DNA of 64,000 nt from the NCBI GenBank assembly GCA_977030845.1, contig OZ365114.1:20894001-20958000 (forward strand). The letters are read 5' to 3'. Each line of letters begins with the position of its first letter. The stretch's first letter is position 1. The notes beneath the pieces were generated by a model that did not search any database, had not been told where the DNA came from, and saw only the letters and a program-made list of their open reading frames with translations. Below, piece after piece: positions 11,119 to 24,856 of the stretch. Both the position numbers and the translations under genes were made by a program. This DNA comes from Fimbriosthenelais zetlandica (Eukaryota).

Positions 11119-12779
11119 CTGTGGAAAAAAAGTAGACAGATAAGTCGATTAAATTGAATGAAGTAAATCTATTATGCGGGTATCCCAGATCAGGAACCTC
11201 TTGATTTATGTTGGAAAGCAAGCGGTATCATATGCATGAGTGGTTGCAAAATAGCGACACCCAGACCGCATCTTTCTTATGTTCCCTGATAACGTTAAGA
11301 GCAACATAGGAACACCTCCTTCTTATGGAATGGATCAATTTCAGTCGATGCCCAGGTCTATAAGAAGGAGTGGTAGGAAGTAATTAGATTTTGTGCTGAT
11401 ATCATCTGATCAGGCTTCCACTGTAAAGAGGCATTTTAATAGAAAATTCCATGCACCTAACTAGACGATAAACAGTCATAAAGCTGCATCTGATGCTGAG
11501 GAAGGAGAATCCTATCATCCTCTTGTACAATTCATATACCAACTCATGTCCTCATATATAATTGCTGAGTCGTATGGGTATACAGTGAGACGTTTTTCTG
11601 TATTGATGGTTGATTGATTAAGAGCACTAAGCTCATGGATATCATGAAACATTGAATTTAAGATTGTCCCATCGGAAACACTCATCTGGGTGAAAACCGG
11701 GTTCATCTAATTCGAAAAATTAAGAATATTGATAACGCTGGTTATCAGCTGAGCTACTGATTGGCAATCAGCATCCGGTTATTTGACATCATTAGGTTTT
11801 ACAGTGCCATAGCCCATCTCCCCAGCTCTACTTTTACCCTCCTGTGTGTACTTTAGGTTTCATTTCCATTTCAATGGTTGATATAATGAAATTATCCCCA
11901 CCTATAATCAGTGGTAATCATATAGACAATGCGTCACCCAGCACCAACCAGCCGTGTTGATTGGATCATTGGCGATGATGAGGTCTTTTTTAGGGGCCAT
12001 ATCTCCAATCGACTCAAATGATTCTGCCTAGTGGAGTATAATATAGTGGAACCATTTTTTGGATGTTTCACAATTACAATCTCCATTTTTTGTGCATCCT
12101 TGTGGAACGCTCACCGAGATGCAGGAAGTCTGCTTTCCAATTTCCCCTCGTTTCAAAATGACGTCAATGTTTCAGCCTTGACTGGGGGCATAAATATACA
12201 TGACAGTAACATTGACCTATATTACAGCTTAGTCCTGAACACTTGTCTGACGATAATCGACAAGAATCGCTCAGGAATCCAAACAAAAATGAAAAAATAC
12301 CATAACATTCATATGTTTACTGAAAAGGTTTTTTGGTATTTGCTCTGGTAGATGGGCAGAGGCAATCATATATGCTTTCAGGTATAGTGGGACAGCAGCA
12401 GCTGGGAAAAGGGAATCCACGTCCCCGAGTGGGAACTCTATTATGATTGTCAACATCCATACAAGCATAATATTAGCTTATGCAATCTGCTAGCCTGGGA
12501 ACAGACACTAAACTTCCTAAGTCATCAAAGGCTTCATCCATCAGGCTCCATCACCCTGAAGACCATAGACAGAACATAGTGTCTGGATGAGGTAAACCAA
12601 AGCCTATAGCTCTCCATTCAACGGTTATTCACCTCCAACCATTGCTGTGCCTTCCTCGGTTTTCAAATCTCAATAATTATCTTGGCTACATTCAATGGAA
12701 TACTGAAAGTAAACTGTTATCAGCTGCAATTTACACATTATGAGAAGTTTTGTCTGGAGCTTCTTTCCCAGCTTTGGTG

Positions 12780-12900
12780 TCATAAGATGCTTGCTTTAGC
12801 AAGAGTTTGTGTTGGTTGCATTAGCTGAATTGTTGTACAGTCATCTCGGATTCCTCTCAGATCCTGAAAGGCAAACGTTTCAGCTCAGTGTCTTTCAGTC
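12780..12900 (-). mobile_element. Possible Ty3/Gypsy gag remnant
   Basis: Translation LRGIRDDCTTIQLMQPTQTLAKA resembles the gag GIRD...LTL.KA motif. Confidence 0.3.
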
Positions 12901-13299
12901 TTTGCCATTGATATTGCCTTCTGTATTTGGCAACTCTCTCAGTTCACAATGGTCCCTTGTGGGACCGCTGTGCAAGAGTTAGAAATGACTAACGGCTTGA
13001 CCGACCTGAATCTAATGAACCTTTCCCAGCTCTTGAGACCCCCACTGTCTTAATAAAACACCAGATGGCGGCACAGGCAGCCAACATGGCTCTGCTTCCC
13101 CTTCCTGTGGGGCATGCGCAGAACTTGATGGATAGTCTAACTGAGGTTTGATACGCTAAATTGAATAGAGTTCAATAACACTGGGCGCAGGTGTCAATCG
13201 ACTTTTAGAGAGAAATATACCGGCTGGATATTGCAGGGGTTAATTGAGTGAGCTGCTCGTGCTATAGGCGTATATGGTGTCACTGAATCTAAATTAATT

Positions 13300-13739
13300 C
13301 TCAATGTAATCTCTCGAATTTCACACCTTAGTGTAGATGTATGGGCACCTTTCCGCCTTGCTGGACTTTTACGCTTCAGCTCGTGCACTGACCATTCATT
13401 ATTCATGTATTGGCTTCCATCGATGCAGACCGTGAATGCAGTTTTTGCGTAGATGTGTAACTTGAAGAAATCTCTAGCTTTGGGAAGAAATGCGTCTTTC
13501 TCAGAAATTCTCTGCATGACTTCTTTAAATCTTCATTGATATCTCAACACGCCAAGCGACAAAGATATCGTACGACAAGCTGTGAAAATTTCGAACTGAA
13601 TCAAATCTGTCCGAAATACCAAGAGACAAGCTGGCGACAACACATTATGTCTGCTGTCTATCGAAACCCCTTCGTCCACTCCTGCGGGCGGCAGTGTCGC
13701 ACGAGCTAGAACTGTCGCTAACCTTGCGACAGGCTTCAC
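13300..13739 (-). mobile_element. Probable LINE ORF1p C-terminal fragment with one in-frame stop
   Basis: ORFs 13533-13739 and 13194-13517 share one frame split by a single TGA; VSIDSRH (cf. I.RAHR) and FKEV...LPKAR...IDGSQY resemble the ORF1 RRM/CTD. Confidence 0.5.
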
Positions 13740-15877
13740 TTAATTGTCACTGCAATGGAGTCCCACCTTAATGCTTTGTAGGCTATAATTTACTTAAATG
13801 CAATGGTCAAAATATCTTTCCTCACATGAGCCTCAAACTCTGTTTTGTTAAGTCATTCTGCCATGCATGGCGTTAGACTTAAACTTCAGCTCTGGGTTAG
13901 CCTGAAGTCTGATTGTTCAACTGAACTGCAAAACATGGCCTAATATGAGTACTTTCTCCTCTATCACTCGTAATAAAAAATAGGATCTGAAAGATCATAC
14001 TTTCCACTCAGTTTGTGTAATGAATAATTTCTTAATATGCCTGAGATGATATGAGAAACAGAGATATAAAATGTAGGGCTATAATTAAAATGATTATAAC
14101 CTGTTGCGTTATAAAAGTGACTCACCAGAACTACTACTGAGCTTCATCCTGTGCAGAATTTGTCTGGGGTATTCCTCTGCCTCCGTTTCTGAAAGATACC
14201 AAAATATGACACTGATTAGAGGTATATGTTCCTTAGAAATCAATCTTGAAATTCTTTAATGATTTAAACTGGATTCTTCTTTTTGAAAGTGTTGGGCAGC
14301 TAAAATTCTCGACTTATATTTAATACGGTTACAGGCCTGAGAAGTTGGCATAAACAATTTCTCGAATGTACATGTACACAAATAATAATGGACCATTTAT
14401 GTGGGGTCTCATTTGAGGTTATAAATTCTCAATATCTGTTATGTTCCGTGTTGAATGCTGTCTGACCAAACATTTTTGAGTTTGATCTGAGTAACATTTC
14501 TTGCTGGGAATACTGCTGTACACCAGCCTGGGGAAGAGGTTTTCTGTGAAAACCCAAAATCGAAACTGGATTAGATTAGGGAAGGATGGGGAGGCTCTAG
14601 GGCAGAAGAGGGGATTCAGGTGATTTACAAAATGGCGGACTATTCGATTACACCAGTCAGAGACATGGAGAGGATTTAGAATGAAATAAATAGTCTTTTT
14701 CTAAGTCTTGCTGTCAATTCAGGCGTTAAGTAGAAAATCGACTGCTTACTCTGTTCTCGTTAGATTTGCGTTGCCTCCCATTTCTCACTTTGTACGAAAG
14801 GCAATTCTTGTTGTTTACATCATCCTGAAGAAAGCATTAATTCAGTCCTGCTTTCAGTATCATTGATATGCCTTTTGCAAGGCTGCAGCATTGTGCCTGA
14901 TTATGTGTTTATTTGAAGGCATGGTGATTTCCTTTCTCTTCATATTGGTTTAGTGCCCACGGTAACAATGGCAGGTTTAGATTGAAAGAAAGGTTTTGTT
15001 CACCAAATGCTATAGACCTCCATACGGATATTTCACTTGCAAGAAGGCAACAAAAGAACCTCGATGTGCACTGAATCCCCAAACACATACTTTCTATTGC
15101 ATTATTACTGGGCTAGCTTCGGTGTAATCATTGTGTGATAGTTCTAAATATATCTTATCACAATTTCCCTGTCCGTTAACGTGCCTTCAGCTAATGGACT
15201 AAGAAATGAAGATTCATGAAGCCTAATGTTAAAGTGAGACAGAAATTGGAGTAGGAATTATGTTGTATACGCAGTATTGCAAGTAGTATTTTTTCCCCAG
15301 ATTTTCTCATTCACATCCATTAAGATTTATCTTTTTCCTGCTAAATATTTAGCAACTGGCTACAGTTCCTCTGCATATTGCAAGTCATGAAACAAGGAAC
15401 TTTAAGCAACCTGTTCCAGCCTGTGTGATGCCTTGTAGGCAGCAGAAAATACTGCGGAAAAAGTGATAATTGTGTAATGACCTTAGGCCTGGATTGACAT
15501 TTTAGCAACAGGTTTTGTTTAACATAGTTTTAAACTCCCTTCCTTTCACCTTAGGAGCGTTTTATCTCATTAACACTGTCACAAAATGTGCCAGAGCCTC
15601 TTGGGTGGATTTTTCACAATCCAATCACAGAGATTTTCTCCCGATTCATCAGCTTCAAGTAAGGCTGCAATGGCTTCACAATACTGTTTACAAAATAAAC
15701 CACCGTACGTGTTACAACAACAGTCCAAACACATTGCTCATGAATCATGATTGAATTCACAAGATGTAAAATTCCTCCACGAATTGTCTTTTCATGAAGA
15801 TGAATTTCCATCGATTATTTTTCTTTTCCTTTATTTTGGGGCATTTTGAAAGTGTGCTTTTGATGAGAATTGTCATT

Positions 15878-15981
15878 AATCACAATCTGTTTCTCTTCTA
15901 ATATGTATCATCAATAGTCCTGTCACTCGAATCACAATCTGTTTCTCTTCTAGTATGTATCATCAATGGTCCTTTCACTCG
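15878..15981. repeat. 52-bp tandem duplication (2 copies, 3 mismatches)
   Basis: aatcacaatctgtttctcttcta...cactcg occurs twice in tandem. Confidence 0.9.
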
Positions 15982-17229
15982 GGGCACTGATACACATAAT
16001 GGTGCCTCACTATGAATATCACGGACGATAGTACCCATAGAAACATGATTATGTTAATTGAAAGAGATCATTCGAGTTTTTGGATCTCATTATTCTTGAC
16101 ATATGGTCCTTTTAACAGATGAATCCTGGATGCTTCTTCCTGCTAACATCCGGGCTGCCCTCCTAGGACAGGGCCCGCTGTCCCTCCAGGCATCTCCTAA
16201 TCACAGCCAGGCGTCAGTTCTATGGCTGTTAGCTTCTGTCCGCTCTTTTAGATCGGCGGGTAATAGTTTGTTGCAGTCCCAGTAGAGTTGGCCTTCCTAC
16301 AGTAGAATGGTTCATCAGCCTGAACTGTTCTCCCTTGGGCTCACCTGCACTGGCCCTCAGAGATTGTCCTCAGTGAGATATTTCCCAAGGCCCTATTGAT
16401 ATTTACTCAGAGAAGGAAAACGAGAGGGAGAGAACTTATATAAATTGTCTTTTTCGGTAACGAAAGCTTTCCGACAATTGCAGTGTGCTCTTGCATAGTG
16501 GAGTCTTGGTCAGGTTCATCAGCAATTGAACTTGGAAGGCATGTCCAGTGTGTCCCTGGTATGTGACGATGTCTGATCATTTATGCTATACATGTATATC
16601 GACATATAAGATATCCTATTAGACGAATAGGATTCAGTGTTTGACCAGCAGCTAAATTGTTGAATACTTTCGATAGTAGGCCTACCTCTTTAGGCCATTG
16701 GCAAAAGATTTTGGGGTTGCCCTTGGTAATTACTTGCCCATCAGGTAAGTAATTGCCAAGATTATAAAACCTTTTCTGACGGCACTTGTTTCTCTAGTTT
16801 CATCTCCATCTCCGCACCAGTTTCATTTTCGGAAAGTGCTTTGGAGTATTTGCTGCATTAGGGGCCTGGCTTTGGCAATTTGTTGGTTTTATTCGGGAAG
16901 GAAACCCTTTTTGTTGGGTCTGGCATCATTATAGGGGCCTAAGTAGAAGACATCGTTCACGAGAAGATCTTCTCATCTCTCCTCATTAGGGTATGGCCAT
17001 ATACTAGGCTCACAAAAGCTGTCTCTTCAACAGGGAATCTTTTACACTCCATAAAATGCCAGACACTCACAGATGGGGTTCATCTTCTGACCCCTATGTC
17101 AGTGTATATTCATGAGAACCGGCAATCCAAGCTGTTGCCACATAAGAAATAGACGTCCTTTGAGATTCTCTTTGAAATAATTTGAATTATGCCCTCAGGA
17201 AGAGTATAGTGTATGTCGGTCCAGACCAA

Positions 17230-17314
17230 GCTTGCCTATCACGTTCCAGCCTATGCTTGCCTATCACGTTCCAGCCTATGCTTGCCTATCGTGTTCCAGG
17301 ACATGCTTGCCTAT
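17230..17314. repeat. 25-bp minisatellite, about 3.4 copies
   Basis: Unit gcttgcctatcacgttccagcctat. Confidence 0.9.
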
Positions 17315-19689
17315 TGCCTTTCAAATCTTTCTTGTCGAATATTCCTGATGAAAAGTAACTAAATCACTGCATGACTGTCATTACGGGGCTGCATACTATA
17401 CTCGTTTCTTGGCTTGCTGCAATTGGCGCGGCCCGTAGCCTGACAAATGACTGAGGTGCCAGCTTCTAATAGTCAAATATGTTACCAGAATTTGCCCGGC
17501 CTCCGTTTGCCATGGCAACCAACGGTATACCTAGATGATCGTACACAGAGCAAACTGGCCCTGTCAGAGGTTAAGTGCCTGGTGCCAGAGGCACACAACT
17601 CGGTTATATTTCCTCAGTAAGCTATGTGCTAACCTCCAAATTTTGTCGCTTTCGTAGTAGAGCATCCCACGGTGTTTGGTCGACAATGCCTCCCCCCTAA
17701 CAACGATATTGCCTAGCAACTGTGTGAGAATTCTGTTTTGCTGTCATGGGCTTAGCTGGAAATCCACGTAATTGGTTCTGGACTATAGAGTACAGATGTG
17801 AATGATAAATTCCAATTAACAATCATGATTAGACTGTCAGTTGGAATGAAGGAAAGGGGTGTTCCTTGTCTTATTGGTAACCGGAGTTGCCTTGCTGCAT
17901 CAAAGCATGCAGTTTGCTTACAATGTTAAATGCAGCAGTTGTTATCGCTGCCAAGCTTGGATGCACTAATTAGACTGACTTTAATTTATCATTCCTAACA
18001 TGAACAATAGACCCTCTCAAGACTTGTAACCTCCTATCATGGCTATAGAATATTAAAATCCAAATACTGTTCAACAAAGTGATAAGCTCTGATCCATAAA
18101 ATCAATTGGCAATAATTCAATCTGGCAGTAGGTAAAAAATGGTTGGCTTTATACTCTCGGGAAGAGACATACTGCTCAATCCATCCCCGACAAAAAAGCT
18201 ATTGACCTCTCAATAGAAGATAATTACAGCTGGAGGATATGTCCAGAAAATCGAATTTATGTCCTGCTATATTCATCCTGGACGTTTTTTACACCCCATC
18301 ATATATGTTGCACCTATCTGCACATAAAATATCCCACCGAACCTCTGTGCGGCTGGGTACATCTTGGATATGAATATGAAATGCCAAGGTTGCCAAATAT
18401 CGCTGGAATGATGCGGGAGAAAACCAACCATGGAGCTTGTATAGGTTTTTCGGAAAGGGTTAAAAAAATTACCATACCATATCCATTAACGATCCTGTGA
18501 CAAGATCAGCAGGCTACATTTTGTGATTGGAAACAGCAATTTCCCCCCATGCTTCTAAATCCCATCAACCTCTCTCAGTTTGAAAAATGTTGTTGGATTC
18601 ACCCATATGATGTATAATGGCAATAGTTCGCCTGCTTGGTGATAGGGGCGTGGTAGTTAACCCGAATAACATCCATCTATCCTGGGTGTGCTCCGCTCTC
18701 AGCTCTGTAGTTCCTCATGGCCGGAACTTTTGTCGGCGACACGGACGGCTCGTCAATGAACGATAAACTTGTCCTCCCTGAGAGCCCAGACCGCTTGACC
18801 CACCGCTGAATTATTAGCAGAACAAGTCCATCGATACGTGAGGCCGGCTTGGTTTATGAGGCTTGTATGCCGTTAGACAAGCTATAGTTAGTGCAGGGAT
18901 TGTACATAATATATATATGTGACCCGCCAATGATGAGCAGGTCTCCCATTAGGCCAGATGGGAGTGGTGTCGTGATGTGACAAACCAGAGACCTAATGGG
19001 GGCTTAAATGTCCTCCAACCTGCTCCGTCATAAAGGCATCTCCATCTGTGTGCATGTGAGCTTCTTTATCAGGCTTGTTTTCTTCATCAGTGATGCACAT
19101 TCTATCTATAATACAACAGTAATGTTCATCAGATGCATGCTTTTCTGCTATTAACGACATATTCAGAGATATTGTCAATAATTATGTGCCTGTAGTTCTT
19201 CTGGCAAACCACATTCAGAGGATGACAATCTATTTCCATCATATTGAATGACAGTCTGTGTCACGTTAAATCATGCTGAGAGGTGCCCACCTACAAGAGA
19301 TTACTGATGCTGTTGTGTTTTGCCTTTTAATACCCTCTTATGCGGTGGTACTCTCTGCTGTCATAGCATATCCTGCTGTACACCCTGAGGTATAGATAAT
19401 GGATGTTGTGGACCCTAAAATCTCATTTAAAAGCATGTGTCTTTACTCTGATGGGAATAATGTATTTTGCAGCTTGATGACACAGCTGCACAATAAATCA
19501 TTGTCTCCTATTGTGGTTTAACCTGTGCTGCAATCCACTCTCCAAGACATATACTTCATCTCGATTGCACTTTTCATAATACTTCCACTCGTGTTGCGTG
19601 TAGGCCACATGCCAGTGTAGTACTAAGACGAATATGCATAGCTCCACTGTAGTTTAATTGTCACTTCGATGTTGGAGTAAATAAGCTAT

Positions 19690-20270
19690 CGGTTAATGTT
19701 GAGAAAACTAAAATCATGTTATTTGGGTGTACCTGGGTGTCATGCTGGGTGTCATTTTACTCTTTCCTTTGCTGGGCATGTCAACTATTGAACTAAGAAA
19801 TGCAGTTCATAAAATGTTTACACTGGGAAAGACTATCTGTCACACTCAGCAGCCCTGCAGGTATATAAAACGAAAATACTTCCCTTTATATATAATAGAC
19901 TGTGGTGAAATTTTCTATCATGATATTAACACGGCAAAATTGTGTACCGTAAATTAAAAAGGTTGCAAAACCGTGCACTCAAGATGTGTCTGCCATGTAT
20001 CAGTAGGGAATCCACTGTTAAAATTCATCAACTGAGTCAATTACCTTTATTATAAAGAACCGGCGTCTAGATTTACCGAAATAACTACTAGTAGAGAAAC
20101 CAGATACAGCTGCGCACCTGTTCCTAAAGCATATATTAAGCTGAATTATTGTTGTATATCAAAAAGAATTATTTTAACCTGGAAGGCCAGGAATGCGCTT
20201 AATGCTGAGATTCGAAATATTGAAGATTATGACTCATTTATGCGCCATAGGAAACTGGTTAAAATCTTCT
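19690..20270 (+). mobile_element. Degenerate LINE (CR1/L2-like) reverse-transcriptase 3' part
   Basis: VNVEKTKIMLFG, YLGVM, IDCGEIFY and LQNRALKMC motifs in order, with deletions and frameshifts. Confidence 0.7.
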
Positions 20271-21139
20271 ATCCCAACTAAATCCTTCTAAGACACTGTC
20301 CGGACAAATATTTATTATAATATTCGCTTTAAAGTTATATCGGCAATAACCTCTTTCTCACATGCTTGCCGATATCCAGTGGTTTTGTAGGATATACTTT
20401 TTGCCCTATATACCATGGGGATCTTTGTAATTTGGAGTCTGCTACCTAATGGGGATTTCATGTTGTGCTGATGCCGTTGTTCTTTTATCCTTTCATTGGG
20501 ACAGACTTTCTTCATATATTAATTACTTTTTTATGCAGGCTCAGAGATGTTTACCCCAGGATAATATTGGAAAAATATATTACTGCAACAGAAAACTATA
20601 GATTTCTCACTTCATGTGTGCCCATCTATAGATATTTTCTATCGTAGTTGGCCATTGTGTGCTCTGCTGGAATAACTAATCTATAAAAGGCCAGTATCCA
20701 GTACACTGACCAGAAGGCCTCACAATTTCCAGCTTTTTGTGGCTTGCATTTTGACTAGAACACACTTTGTCTGATGACTTGCATCCATACTAACCAGGTT
20801 TATAGCACTAACCAGGTTTATAGGGACAATCCCACTATAATATGTCCCAGGTGGCTGAGAAAAAGAAAGTACTTGCCATATCCCCATGTATTCATCAACA
20901 ATTGGCCATATAACTAGATTTATACTGGGATCATGTGTCAGGAGAGAGGCTTTAGGCAAAGAGAAATGAAGGGATCCCCGCTCAACAGACGATAAGTGAC
21001 AACAACTGAGTATTGATGGTACGAGCCTTCTGTAAAGACACTGATTACAAAAATGTGGCATTCATTTGAACATCACATTCTGATATTGAGGGATTTGTAA
21101 AGGACTTATGGCCTTAGTGAGTTGAGACAATGGTTAAAC

Positions 21140-21480
21140 AGCACGTTTCATGTCCCGTGAAGCAGCATTATGATTGAAACCCATGTAGTTATTTGTTCGG
21201 CCTTACTTGTGGCCCAGGCATCCCTCTCACGCCTGGTTTCATGTCCACCATCAAACCCATTGTTACTCAGGTGGTCTGAGAAGGAAGGCCCCAAGATGGG
21301 GGTCAATACCAATCACTCTGACTCGTGGACAAAAGTCAGCCAGTACACACCCTACAGGGTGTCACTTATACAGCCTCTCCCTAGGGGGCCATCTATATCT
21401 TAATTCTACATCTCAATAGTCAGCCAGCCAGCTACACCAGCAAATCCTATTATCTGGCTTTTGCAGACGACATCCTGGGT
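21140..21480 (+). mobile_element. Possible degenerate RT fragment (DIRS-like)
   Basis: STFHVP, FGLTC...IKPIV and LAFADDI motifs across frames. Confidence 0.3.
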
Positions 21481-22599
21481 GGGGCGTATTATAGATTTAT
21501 CACAGGACACTGTCGGCTTTGCTCCATCATTGATTCGAGCTAGCTGAGCTTCTCACAGACCTCCTCAGATATGCTTTAAATAGCTCCTTGTTTCTGCCAG
21601 GACCGCTCCACCTCTGGTCTGGTCCGGTGGCTAGTCGCGTGATTCCCGGGGAAAGCATGGAGTCCTGGCATTGCTTTGTTGAGATAAGGAGTAATTAATA
21701 GCCAGACTTGTAGAGGGATTTGGGTTCTTTTTGATCTTAAACATCAGGAACCAGGCTGGCTTTAACTAAGATTGGTTGGTCAACAACGATTGTGTCGGTG
21801 TTAATGTGTATCAGTGCTGAGTTACTAACCATCTCGACAACTCCTGCAGTTTATTCTGCAAGAATGGAATGATGATATTTTTCATCCAAACGCACGAATG
21901 GCATTTTGGCATAATGGCATCTTCTGACCATTATGAATACGGCATAGGTCGTCTTAAGAGTTACTTTCCCCGCTAGATTTGACCCTAGTCTGGAGCTCTA
22001 CTGATAATAACTATTCGGTTGTAGATAAAGTAGAATTTCACGTCAGACTGACAGACCTTGAATCTCTAGGTCAGTGGTCATCTACTAATCCATGTCAGCT
22101 GAAATATTACGACTTCTCTTTTGAAATTATACCCCGTCACTTCAGAATGGCTCAAGGCTATACTTTGCATGTGTGTAATCTACCATTACATTGTTATCGT
22201 GGTCATATATAGAGGGAATGGAGCCCCGTCTGTAATATGGTCCACTACACTGCCTATTGTGTATATTTTTTACCCGCCCTCCACATAAATCCCTTTTCTC
22301 ATTAGTTAATTTGGTGTCGTTGTCCCGCAACATCCATGAAAATGGCTCTTTATGGGCTGGGCACTTCATGGCTGAGTACATGCAGCCATATAAACCTTCC
22401 CGGGCGATGTTGTAGGCAGGGGAGTGAGAGCTATATGTACCCACCCACTTCATGCTTCAGGACCTGCTGCTTAGGCAGCTACACTCTAAAAATGTCAAAA
22501 TACAATGTTGGATTTTGTGCAGTGTACGTCTATAATAGTCCATCCGCTCAGTAATAAAAAGTATCTTACATAAGACCTGGTTTGAAATGCTGGGAAAAC

Positions 22600-22740
22600 A
22601 CTGCTCATTTCTTAAAGTCAATCACGGATCGTTTCTGCGTGGAAAGCTTGCAGATGATGAATGGATTTACAAAAGACGTTTGATTCCCTGTCACATCGAG
22701 TGCTTCCTAACAACTGAGCTAACAACTCAGCTCCTGTCAA
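22600..22740 (+). mobile_element. LINE RT fragment
   Basis: From 22661, MDLQKTFDSLSHRVL matches the D..KAFD...H..L RT motif. Confidence 0.6.
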
Positions 22741-24171
22741 TCTGTCTGCCTGGAAACCACAGGGTTGAATTGAAAGTAGCACCTACGTTTTAATTATGGG
22801 TGCTTAATAAAGTCAGATGGTAACTTCCCCCCTCATTTAAGTGGCAAGCCGTTCAAATTGTAATCGTAATAGGCCTATTTTGTTCACATTGCTTCTCTAG
22901 AGCAACTGTTGTCGCCAGTTGTGTAGAGGGAACCATCCATGCAGCCAACTGTCAATATTCTGATCGCGACACAGATGAGAAGCTGTCAGCAAATGTCCCT
23001 ACAAATCTCTACCACCCACAGCAACGCTAGCCAACCAATGGATATCGCCATCTCTTGCTGTACGCCATTCGATATCTGACCTGCCGGATAACTAAGAGAT
23101 CCAGTCAGGTGGAGGACCATTTTTTCTATGCCTCAACAATTTGAATCGGTTTATAGATGTTTCTGGCATAAAAAACAAAAAAAGGGCGTATATATGTGCA
23201 TAGCAATCGGTTTGGAGTGGCGTTATATATATGGATTCAGTGAAAGAAATAGTATCAGGGACATTACTGTGAAAATATCATTACCTCAGAGTCATAAAAG
23301 ACCGGGGCATGCATTGAAGTTGATTCCAGGGCAATGGAGAAATGGCCATGGAAAATGATAGTCAATTTCATGTATCGATACCTTTCAGAAATATTGGATT
23401 CTGGATGAATTATACAATCTGAAATACTGAGCAATGATGTTCTGCAAAAAGGACATAGCTAGAACGAGCTGTGCACTGTGGGCAATTTGATATGGGATTA
23501 GACGGAATTTTAATCTTTATAAGGGAAAGAAAGTGTAACAAAAACGGACAGAAATTGATTGAAGCCATTCCAGGAGCATGTGGCTGTTGTATGTTATGTC
23601 ACGTTCAGTATTATTTTGGGGAGACTGGAGTGCATCACTAGTCAAGGCTTGACTGCCTTTGAAGAAATGAATATCTAAACACTACTGCTATTCACTACTG
23701 CAGTTTGTAGACTGTCAAGCATTTAAAATAATGACCTGTACGTTTTATTCTTATAGTCTACAACCACATGGGATCACTCGTTATAAGTTTCCTCAGTCTC
23801 CTCACAAAAAACTTTAATAGGCCTGTACCTCCACCACTCGCTGTCACCAACAGTCAGCTTGCAAAAGCGCAGTCTTATCTCTTCCCTCTTCTGTGGCTTG
23901 TACGATGTATATAATGTGAAATCCATTTATAGTTATAAAACCTTTAACGGGATAGAAATAAAGATTCACGGGAGGAAGCAAAAGCAACTGACTTTCGGAA
24001 GAATACATGTGTGGGAAGGGAGATTGTGAATTCATCCTGTGTTTAAAAAATATTGTTATCGTGTGTACTCTTTGGCCCAAATTACGTGACTCTGAAAGGC
24101 ACTGTTTGCCTTTCCCCTGATGGCCGTGTTTTCTGTGATAGGATTATGCTGTTTAACACCATGCATAGAAC

Positions 24172-24208
24172 TGTCACAAGTGTCACAAGTGTCACAACTG
24201 TCACAAGT
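24172..24208. repeat. 9-bp tandem repeat (TGTCACAAG), about 4 copies, just inside the large CUB intron
   Basis: Seen directly in the sequence. Confidence 0.85.
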
Positions 24209-24234
24209 GATGTTCGCCTTTAAGGGAAACTTAC

Positions 24235-24443
24235 CTATGTTCATATAACGGTAGTTGACAGTAAATGTGGTGTGCACGTCCACCTGTTCTGAGTAGAACT
24301 CTATTTCGGCTGTACTGCGTGTAGAAAATTTGCGTACGTTGATTTGACCCGTCTCATAACTCCCACACAATGTATTAGGTGGATACGGGTATCTACCGGG
24401 CTGGCGAAGTCCATCCCATAATTTCAAATATCCATCGTGACAC
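24235..24443 (-). CDS. CUB protein exon B (CUB1 C-half: CHDGYLKLWDG...LCGSYE...EIEFYSEQ...FTVNYRY)
   Basis: Acceptor cttcttgttgccAG, donor G|GTAAGT; 209 nt, phase 2 to 1. Confidence 0.9.
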
Positions 24444-24856
24444 CTGGCAACAAGAAGTAAAGTTCTATATTACAACCTGCTCATCTTAATTCAAAAAGTT
24501 TGATGAAAGTAGTCACTAGTTTGATGATTATCAATTCACAGATATGAAAATAATATGAAATGTGGATGTCTTGTTTTTGGGGGTCGTGGGGGGCATGCAC
24601 ATCTATAAATCTGGTTCCAGGCATTAGTCATGCTCATATGGCTGAATATATGTCACCATATATCTTCAAATCAAATTTTCCTTCATAACTTTTCATTTCT
24701 ACTAACATCATGGACAAATTGATGGAAAGGAAAGATATCTTTGATGAAGGTGACCTCTTAAGAGTGGCCACCTTGTCTCCTTGAATTAGATATGGAGTGA
24801 CGAATAGCCTATTTCGGAGCATTTTTCTAACATGAGTTGATTACGTTTCTACTGAC

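Noticed and set aside
15400-15520. NPGLRSL peptide resembling the Polinton/Maverick polB motif
   Set aside because: The flanking KLMLNSxWGKFGQ motif is absent; probably chance.
17230-17314. Short direct repeats considered as a CRISPR-like array
   Set aside because: The units are contiguous with no unique spacers, and the context is eukaryotic.
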